In this document: positions 1 to 5,498 of the stretch, piece by piece
Position numbering within the stretch: the first letter of the stretch is position 1
Layout of the letters: every line of letters starts with the position of its first letter
Source: Thermotogota bacterium
GTDB lineage: Bacteria > Thermotogota > Thermotogae > Petrotogales > Petrotogaceae
Direction of reading: 5' to 3'
Length of the DNA: 11,382 bases
NCBI GenBank assembly: GCA_051748045.1
Contig: JBNJGY010000052.1
Location: 1 to 11,382 of the forward strand
The notes under the pieces: model-generated
Told to the model about the DNA's origin: nothing
Databases searched by the model: none
What the model saw: the letters and a program-made list of their open reading frames with translations, nothing else
Made by a program: the position numbers and the translations under genes

Positions 1-24
1 ATTACTCAGGGGATTAGGGGTAAA

Positions 25-126
25 TTAGTATCTCATTAACTCTAAAACTACATTAGAATGGTTATTATATAAATCTTGTCTAGCGTTATCATAATTTTTA
101 TCAATTCTTTTATTATTTCTAAACAT
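25..126 (-). CDS. Small peptide, 33 aa (MFRNNKRIDKNYDNARQDLYNNHSNVVLELMRY), function unknown
   Basis: Hand-translated: ATG at 126, TAA at 27-25. Strong SD AAGGAGG (140-134) lies 7 nt before the ATG. Similar to the neighbouring 30-aa ORF. Confidence 0.7.
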   Translation of the reverse strand: MFRNNKRIDKNYDNARQDLYNNHSNVVLELMRY

Positions 127-153
127 GTCAATCCCTCCTTTAAAAGAAAGTGA

Positions 154-246
154 TTAGAAGCTTCTGATTAATTCCGCAGCAACGTTTGAATATTGGTTCA
201 TGATGTTTTCATTTGCACTAGTCATTTTTCTATTTCTTTTAGTCAT
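154..246 (-). CDS. Small peptide, 30 aa (MTKRNRKMTSANENIMNQYSNVAAELIRSF), function unknown
   Basis: Hand-translated: ATG at 246, TAA at 156-154. SD AAGGAGG (260-254) lies 7 nt before the ATG, and a promoter lies upstream. Shares an A-x5-N-x2-SNV-x2-EL-x-R pattern with the 33-aa ORF. Confidence 0.72.
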   Translation of the reverse strand: MTKRNRKMTSANENIMNQYSNVAAELIRSF

Positions 247-288
247 AATAACTCCTCCTTAGAAGTAAGTATTTATATTTTCACTAAT

Positions 289-319
289 ATTATAGTTCGT
301 GAAGTAAACCTTATGTCAA
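289..319 (-). promoter_or_regulatory. Sigma70/SigA-type promoter for the small-peptide pair
   Basis: Minus strand reads TTGACA (319-314), a 19-nt spacer, then TATAAT (294-289). Both hexamers are perfect consensus, but the spacer is long. Confidence 0.55.
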
Positions 320-448
320 GGAGAAAAACATAGTAATTTATGTAAAACTTCAATTAAATGTAGGGTGTACTCCACTAATTATTTCGTAACATTCATATAG
401 AAATCAAAGATTTCTGTTGGGAGAGTGAAAAGGTTGAGAACTTTTTCA

Positions 449-483
449 GATGGAGGATGGGAGTTGGATGTTGGAAGATAGAA
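449..483 (+). repeat. Degenerate heptamer tandem repeat (5 units, consensus GWTGGAR)
   Basis: GATGGAG GATGGGA GTTGGAT GTTGGAA GATAGAA, directly after the hairpin TGAAAAGGTT-GAG-AACTTTTTCA (426-448). Confidence 0.55.
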
Positions 484-507
484 AAAAATGTTAAAAATAT
501 CCACAGC

Positions 508-576
508 TGTCATTTCGACTAAGATGCGTAGCATCGCACGGAGAAATCCAATCAGTAAATTTCACATAGTGAAATT
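508..576 (+). repeat. REP-like structured intergenic repeat, copy 1
   Basis: TGTCATTTCGACTAA-[GATGC GTA GCATC]-GCACGGAGAAATCCA-ATCAGT-A-[AATTTCAC ATA GTGAAATT]. Aligns with 2521-2581. Confidence 0.7.
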
Positions 577-588
577 AAGCTTTTAAAA

Positions 589-658
589 CAATTCCGAAAT
601 ATAAAAAAACAAATATTATCAGTATTTAATTTTTAATTTTTCCAACAATATTATTGAT
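589..658. repeat. Truncated, decayed copy of the left arm of the 2301-2491 element
   Basis: 589-607 is identical to 2301-2319 (CAATTCCGAAATATAAAAA). 643-658 matches 2350-2365 at 14/16 positions. Confidence 0.65.
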
Positions 659-682
659 ACAAATAAAATATTTTGATATAAT
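654..682 (+). promoter_or_regulatory. Sigma70/SigA-type promoter of czcD
   Basis: TTGATA (654-659), 17-nt spacer, TATAAT (677-682), with extended -10 TG at 674-675. Confidence 0.75.
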
Positions 683-687
683 TGAAA

Positions 688-707
688 ATATGAATAGGTA
701 TTCAAAT
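688..707. promoter_or_regulatory. ArsR/SmtB-family (CzrA/SmtB-type) metal-responsive repressor operator
   Basis: Palindrome TGAATA-GG-TATTCA (691-704) has the TGAA-N6-TTCA core of CzrA/SmtB operators. It lies between the -10 and the RBS of a Zn CDF exporter. Confidence 0.75.
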
Positions 708-727
708 ATAAATAAGGGGGAGAAACA

Positions 728-1624
728 ATGTCTCATAATCACAATCATGATCATGGACACAGTCATGATACAAGCAATATGACAGATAAAAAATTATTTT
801 TTTCTGTGTTTTTAAATCTAACTATTACAGCAGCAGAATTTATAGGTGGTTTTATATCAAATAGTTTAGCTTTACTTTCAGATGCAACACACAACTTAAA
901 TGATTCAATGGCTATATTAATAAGTTATGTAGCGAGAAAAATATCAAAAAAAGAAAAAGACGAAAAAAGAACATATGGTTATAAAAGAGTTGAAATATTA
1001 GCAGCATTTCTAAACACAGTCTTTTTAATTGCTATTGCTATAATTCTTATTTTTGAAGGTATAGAAAAATTAATGTCTCCTGGTGAAATAGACGGGCAAC
1101 TTATGCTTTGGGTTTCATCAATTGGTTTAGCGGGTAATTTAATAACAGCTATTTTACTTTTTAAAGATTCAAAAGATAATCTAAATATAAAAGCCACATT
1201 TATCCATATAATGAGCGATACATTAAGTTCTGTGATGATAATAATTGGAGCTATTTTTATAATGAAGTATAATTGGTATATACTAGATCCTATTTTTACA
1301 TTTGTTATTAGTTCGTATATTCTGATTCAAAGTTTTAGACTTATAAAAGAAATAGCAAATATTCTAATACAAGGTAAACCAGTAGATGTAAATACACAAA
1401 AAATAAAAGAAGAGATAGAAAATCTATCTTTTGTTGACAACGTTCATCATATACACGTTTGGACGACAGATGGAGTTGACTTATACTTTGAAGGACATGT
1501 TTCTTTGGTAAAAGAGTGTGAATATAAATTAGATAGATATATAGAAGAAATCAATGAAATTTTGAAAGAAAAATTCTCTATAAACCATTCAACAATTCAA
1601 TTAGAACAAGAATTATGTGAATGA
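728..1624 (+). CDS. czcD: Cation diffusion facilitator (Zn/Co/Cd efflux), CzcD/ZitB-like
   Basis: His-rich N-terminus (SHNHNHDHGHSH), SLALLSDATHNLND signature, TYGYKRVEILAA, TM5 HIMSD (HD-HD zinc site), and C-terminal HHIHVW and HSTIQLE. SD AAGGGGG upstream. Confidence 0.93.
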   Translation: MSHNHNHDHGHSHDTSNMTDKKLFFSVFLNLTITAAEFIGGFISNSLALLSDATHNLNDSMAILISYVARKISKKEKDEKRTYGYKRVEILAAFLNTVFLIAIAIILIFEGIEKLMSPGEIDGQLMLWVSSIGLAGNLITAILLFKDSKDNLNIKATFIHIMSDTLSSVMIIIGAIFIMKYNWYILDPIFTFVISSYILIQSFRLIKEIANILIQGKPVDVNTQKIKEEIENLSFVDNVHHIHVWTTDGVDLYFEGHVSLVKECEYKLDRYIEEINEILKEKFSINHSTIQLEQELCE

Positions 1625-1642
1625 TAATTAGGAGAGGGTTAA

Positions 1643-2233
1643 ATGATTTTTAGTTATGATAAACTTGCCCCATATTATGATAAACTTTTGTCTATAGTAG
1701 AAGAAAGATCAATTAAAAAATATAGAAAAAAATTTGTTCCTCTTATAAGAGGAACAGTACTCGATATAGCTGCTGGGACTGGAAATAATATAGAATATTA
1801 TCCAGAAAATTCTGAAGTGACACTTCTTGATTCTAGCAGTGAAATGTTGAAAATAGCGAAGAAAAAAGCAAAAGATAGAAAAGATTTAACTCTTGAATAT
1901 ATAAGTCAAAGAATAGAAGATTTTGAATTACCAGATAATTATTTTGATACGATTCTTTCTATAGATGTTTTTTGTTCTGTTCAAGATCAGGACAAGGCTA
2001 TGCAAAATATAAAAAGAGTTCTTAAAAATGATGGGAAAATTATCTTTGTAGAACACATGAAAACAGAATCTGTTTTAAAAAACATACCTTTGTATTTTTC
2101 AAACCTTTTTACATATCCAACTGTAGGTTCTTCTATGGTGAAAGAAACAGATAAAAAAATAGAAAAATATTTTAAAATTTTGGAAAAAGAGAAGTTGAAT
2201 TATTCTTTTAGATATTATTTAGTGACTAAATAA
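1643..2233 (+). CDS. Class I SAM-dependent methyltransferase (UbiE/PmtA-like fold, substrate unknown)
   Basis: Motif I VLDIAAGTG, then LLDSSSEML, FDTIL..VFCSV, KRVLK and IFVEH. SD GGAGAGG; starts 18 nt after czcD. Confidence 0.88.
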   Translation: MIFSYDKLAPYYDKLLSIVEERSIKKYRKKFVPLIRGTVLDIAAGTGNNIEYYPENSEVTLLDSSSEMLKIAKKKAKDRKDLTLEYISQRIEDFELPDNYFDTILSIDVFCSVQDQDKAMQNIKRVLKNDGKIIFVEHMKTESVLKNIPLYFSNLFTYPTVGSSMVKETDKKIEKYFKILEKEKLNYSFRYYLVTK

Positions 2234-2265
2234 CAAATTCTCGTTTGTTTGTTGATAGTTGTTAA

Positions 2266-2286
2266 GATTTTTCTGAAAGAAAAATC
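2266..2286. terminator. Perfect 9-bp hairpin downstream of the methyltransferase; possible terminator or repeat module
   Basis: GATTTTTCT-GAA-AGAAAAATC, flanked by GTTGWTA heptamers. The stem is AT-rich and has no clear U-tract. Confidence 0.3.
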
Positions 2287-2300
2287 GTTGTTAGTAAAAC

Positions 2301-2491
2301 CAATTCCGAAATATAAAAACTCAAAGTAGGTCGTTTTTTAACCTTCGTTCAACAATAAAATTGATGTACAGCTCATATTATCCATCCGTGGATAAATTCG
2401 CATGAAAAACATCCGTGTTTTTCAACATCAATTTTTATATTGTTTCACTCAGTAAAACTCCAATACTTTTCATTTTTATATTTCTTCATTG
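2301..2491 (-). ncRNA. TwoAYGGAY-like structured RNA/repeat element
   Basis: Two terminal hairpins (2378-2395 and 2403-2424) both have the loop ACGGAT on the minus strand. They are closed by stems 2351-2367/2425-2444, 2323-2328/2464-2469 and a perfect 12-bp stem 2308-2319/2473-2484. Confidence 0.65.
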
Positions 2492-2520
2492 TTTAATACA
2501 TCGTTGAAAACTTTTGTGTA

Positions 2521-2581
2521 TGTCATGTCGACTAAACGAAGTGCATGGAGACAACTCATCAGTTAATTTTCGAAGAAAATT
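2521..2581 (+). repeat. REP-like structured intergenic repeat, copy 2
   Basis: TGTCATGTCGACTAA-[AC GAA GT]-GCATGGAGACAACTC-ATCAGT-T-[AATTTTC GAA GAAAATT]. Homologous to 508-576 with a compensatory change. Confidence 0.7.
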
Positions 2582-2624
2582 TTTTCATTTGGATGAAAAA
2601 AACATTGTTAAAAAGATTTGCTAA

Positions 2625-2700
2625 TGTCACCCTGAGCTTTGTCAAATGGTATAAATTTAAAATTTGCAAAGCAATTTGATAAGTTTTATATTTCGAAATT
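2625..2700 (+). repeat. Degenerate TGTCACCCTGAGC-type REP-like element followed by an inverted copy of the 17-bp element end
   Basis: TGTCACCCTGAGCTTTGTCAAATGGT (2625-2650), a TTGC-AAA-GCAA minihairpin, and TTTTATATTTCGAAATT (2684-2700), which is the reverse complement of 2302-2318 with 1 mismatch. Confidence 0.5.
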
Positions 2701-2805
2701 TTTTAATTAAATGTTTTTTATTTATTGTTTTATAGAACTTATAAAATAACAAAACAACCCACATTTTATTTTTACAAAAAAGAAATAAAAATTTAATAAT
2801 CGAAG

Positions 2806-2814
2806 TGGTATAAT
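2806..2814 (+). promoter_or_regulatory. Extended -10 promoter of the ABC operon
   Basis: TGGTATAAT (TGnTATAAT) about 85 nt upstream of the probable start codon. No recognisable -35. Confidence 0.6.
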
Positions 2815-2900
2815 TTATGTCCACTTGTTACAGTGTTTGCTGGCTACAAACGCTGTTTTAAAGAGCCTCTTTATTATCTTAATTAAGGAGGTGCTTTTTT

Positions 2901-3665
2901 ATTACTTCTATAGCACTAGCGAGATCTTCTTTCAGGAGAAACAAGATCTATCTTCTCAATCACTTTGTTAACAACATTGGTAGTTTTGTGTTTGGTTATA
3001 TCTACGTAATGATTTGGAAAGCATTAGCGGGAGATAATCCCGAAAACTATTTTATGATCACTTACGTAATGGTTAACCAGGCGAGTCTTTGGGTAACTAT
3101 GTTTTTACCCAGAGGAACTTACATCCCCCAAAAGGTTTTAGATGGAACAATAGTTTATGAGTTTATAAGACCATATTCTCTTTTATTCGATTCATTTTTT
3201 GAAACCCTTGGGCATATATTCTACAACTTTCTTTTTAGATCAATCCCTATTTATGTTTTTGGTATTTTACTATTAAATACTCAGCTACCCAGTCTATCTA
3301 ACCTTATACCCTTTCTAATTTCTGTTTTTTTAGGATTTTTAATCGCATTTTTTCTGAACTATTTTATAGGTTTGTGGTCAATATTATTTATCGATTATTC
3401 CGGAGCTCATAATTTCTATTTTTTCCTCATGAATACCTTTGGAGGGAACTATATTTCTTTGGAATTTTATCCAGAATTTCTACAACCACTTGTAAAATGG
3501 ATGCCTTTTTCTGGAACGAGTTATATTCCAGGAAGTATTTATCTTGGTAGAATTTCTCTTGTTTATGCTTTTACTCATCAAATTCTATGGGTAATAACTT
3601 TGTTTTTAACAGGGATGTTTTTAACCAAGAAAATTCATAAATACCTTCAGATTCAGGGGGGATGA
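2901..3665 (+). CDS. ABC-2 family exporter permease (DUF990/ABC2_membrane_6-like), probable ATT start, 254 aa
   Basis: The frame is open from a stop at 2880. SD AAGGAGGT (2885-2892) lies 8 nt before ATT at 2901. The added N-terminus (ITSIALARSSFRRNKIY..HF) fits the family. Motifs DGTIVYEFIRP, SLEFYP and WMPF...YIP are present. The ORF track start (GTG 2988) has no SD. Confidence 0.85.
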   Translation: MTSIALARSSFRRNKIYLLNHFVNNIGSFVFGYIYVMIWKALAGDNPENYFMITYVMVNQASLWVTMFLPRGTYIPQKVLDGTIVYEFIRPYSLLFDSFFETLGHIFYNFLFRSIPIYVFGILLLNTQLPSLSNLIPFLISVFLGFLIAFFLNYFIGLWSILFIDYSGAHNFYFFLMNTFGGNYISLEFYPEFLQPLVKWMPFSGTSYIPGSIYLGRISLVYAFTHQILWVITLFLTGMFLTKKIHKYLQIQGG

Positions 3666-4441
3666 GTATGGGGATATTTTTTACTTTGTTCAAAGCGAGT
3701 ATGAAAAAACAAACTCAATATAAAACAGATTTTATAATGAGTATAGTAATGTCTGCGTTGATATTGGTGAGTGATTTTATAGTTTTATTTTTTCTTCTTA
3801 CTAAATTTAACAGTATAGAAGGATGGAATATATACGAAATAGCTCTTATTTATTCAGTGGTTGAATTTGGTCATGGTGTATACAGATTTTTTGCAAATGG
3901 ACTCAATGTCTTTCAGAATCTAATAATTTCTGGAAGATTCGACGGGTTATTAATAAGGCCTATTTCAACATTGACTCAAGTAATATTTCAACGAATAGAG
4001 TTTAAAAGACTTGGGTTTATCATACAAGCTGTGGGGGTTGGTATTTTTGGAATACTGAATTTAAACCTTTCTTTCAATCAGATACTAATATATTTATTTC
4101 TTCTTTTACTATCACCTATAATAACTTTGGAAATAAGTATAATAATAGCTTCAACAGCTTTTTGGATGACAAAAAATGACGATTTAATGGTTTTGGCTTT
4201 TTACTCCACAAAAACAGCTGCAGTCTATCCTACAAGCATATATGATAAATTTTTCCAATATATTTTAACTTTCGCCATTCCTCTTGCAACTGTTGGTTAC
4301 TACCCTGTTCTATATTTAACAGGAAAATCAGAAAATATATTAACACTTTTTTCACCGGTAATAGCTATTTTGATTTTTGGTCCCTTGAGTATATTTATAT
4401 GGAATTTAGGGTTAAAAAAATACACATCTACAGGAACTTGA
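3662..4441 (+). CDS. ABC-2 family exporter permease (DUF990-like), second subunit
   Basis: QYKTDF, SIEGWN..E, GRFDGLLIRP, YPTSIY and IPLATVGYYP motifs, with about 6 hydrophobic segments. ATGA overlap with the upstream gene. Confidence 0.9.
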   Translation: MSMGIFFTLFKASMKKQTQYKTDFIMSIVMSALILVSDFIVLFFLLTKFNSIEGWNIYEIALIYSVVEFGHGVYRFFANGLNVFQNLIISGRFDGLLIRPISTLTQVIFQRIEFKRLGFIIQAVGVGIFGILNLNLSFNQILIYLFLLLLSPIITLEISIIIASTAFWMTKNDDLMVLAFYSTKTAAVYPTSIYDKFFQYILTFAIPLATVGYYPVLYLTGKSENILTLFSPVIAILIFGPLSIFIWNLGLKKYTSTGT

Positions 4442-4454
4442 GGAGGGAAAAATA

Positions 4455-5405
4455 ATGGCATATATAGAAATTAATAATTTGAAAAAATACTACAAAATAT
4501 ATTCAGGTAAATTTTTTAAAAGAACTAAAAAAGTAGTAAAAGCGATAGATGGAATTAACTTAAAAGTTGAAAAAGGAGAATTTTTAGGTTATATAGGTCC
4601 AAATGGAGCTGGAAAGAGTACTACAATTAAAGTTCTAACGGGAATATTGAAGCCTGATTCTGGAGATGTTGTTGTAAATGGACTCAGCCCTCACAAAGAC
4701 AGAAAAAAATATGTTCAAAATATTGGAGCTGTTTTTGGACAAAAAACACAAATGTGGTGGGATTTACCAGTAATTGAAACTTACAAACTATTGAAAAGTA
4801 TATATAAAATCGATGCGAAGGATTATAAAAACCATTTGGAATATCTTATAGAAAGGTTGGACGTGAAAGACTTTCTAAACCAACCAGTGAGACAACTTTC
4901 TTTAGGACAAAGAATGAGAGCAGAATTGATATCTTCCATGATTCACAAACCAGACATACTTTTTCTAGATGAGCCTACAATTGGTTTGGATATTGTTTCA
5001 AAGCATAAAGTTCTCGACTTCTTAAAAGAAGTCAACTCATTTGGAACGACAATATTTCTCACAACACACGATTTAAAAGATATAGAAAAACTATGCCAAG
5101 AGATTATGATTTTGAATAAAGGAAAGATAATATACAAGGGCCATCACAGTAACTTAAACGATCTAACAAAAATACCTTCAAGATTAAAAATAGACATAAT
5201 AGATTACAGATTAAACGAAACTCAAAGAAAAATAATAAAAAACTATAAAGCAGAGTACATATCAGAAAACAAAGAGATAATAATCCCTATAGATGGCTAT
5301 AAGCCAGGAGAAGTTGCAAAAGAATTTTTTCAGTATTTTGAAATAGAAAATTTTAAAGTTGAAGAACCCGGTATAGAAGAAGTAATAAAAGAATATTATT
5401 CATAA
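4455..5405 (+). CDS. ABC transporter ATP-binding protein (ABC-2 drug/viologen-exporter-like)
   Basis: Walker A GPNGAGKST, FGQKTQMWWDLP, signature LSLGQRMR, Walker B ILFLDEPTIGLD, and H-loop TTHD. SD AGGAGG. Confidence 0.95.
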   Translation: MAYIEINNLKKYYKIYSGKFFKRTKKVVKAIDGINLKVEKGEFLGYIGPNGAGKSTTIKVLTGILKPDSGDVVVNGLSPHKDRKKYVQNIGAVFGQKTQMWWDLPVIETYKLLKSIYKIDAKDYKNHLEYLIERLDVKDFLNQPVRQLSLGQRMRAELISSMIHKPDILFLDEPTIGLDIVSKHKVLDFLKEVNSFGTTIFLTTHDLKDIEKLCQEIMILNKGKIIYKGHHSNLNDLTKIPSRLKIDIIDYRLNETQRKIIKNYKAEYISENKEIIIPIDGYKPGEVAKEFFQYFEIENFKVEEPGIEEVIKEYYS

Positions 5406-5430
5406 TTAGGGCTGCATTTGCAGCTCTTTT
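5362..5430 (+). repeat. 69-bp direct repeat, left copy (3' end of the ABC ATPase gene plus terminator)
   Basis: 67/69 identical to 9838-9906. Confidence 0.95.
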
Positions 5431-5433
5431 TTT
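5408..5433 (+). terminator. Intrinsic terminator of the ABC operon
   Basis: AGGGCTGC-ATTT-GCAGCTCT hairpin running into a T7 tract, just after the stop codon. Confidence 0.85.
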
Positions 5434-5437
5434 ATAT

Positions 5438-5470
5438 CATCATAAACCCATCACAATAATTTAATAGAAT
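5438..5470 (+). promoter_or_regulatory. Putative OmpR/PhoB-type tandem boxes and -10 of the cassette promoter
   Basis: CATCATA (5438-5444) and CATCACA (5449-5455) have an 11-bp period and cover the -35 position of TAGAAT (5465-5470). Confidence 0.5.
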
Positions 5471-5498
5471 ATATTTAAAAAAATAGGAGGTTGAAAAA

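Noticed and set aside
1-24. AGGGG-containing GC-rich stretch just downstream of the peptide genes
   Set aside because: It is possibly one arm of a terminator, but the partner arm would lie outside the window, so it cannot be supported.
728-769. CAT-rich quasi-repeat at the start of czcD
   Set aside because: It encodes the ordinary His-rich tail of CDF transporters.
2580-2601. TTTTTTCAT-TTGG-ATGAAAAAA hairpin as a bidirectional terminator
   Set aside because: The stem is almost all A-T and far from any stop codon. It is more likely part of the repeat cluster.
400-2760. CRISPR array or integron attC array in the two repeat-rich spacers
   Set aside because: There are no regularly spaced identical repeats with unique spacers, no cas or intI gene, and no convincing RYYYAAC/GTTRRRY-bounded sites after genes.
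2817-2861. Possible leader peptide MSTCYSVCWLQTLF in the ABC 5' region
   Set aside because: It has no SD, and the ATG lies only 2 nt after the -10, upstream of the expected TSS.
2891-2971. GTG start at 2891 with a frameshift or phase variation in the T6 tract
   Set aside because: The GTG is part of the SD itself (zero spacing), and T6 is short for an AT-rich genome. The ATT start explains the data more simply.
2988-2990. ORF-track start of the first permease
   Set aside because: It has no SD and would remove the family-typical N-terminus.
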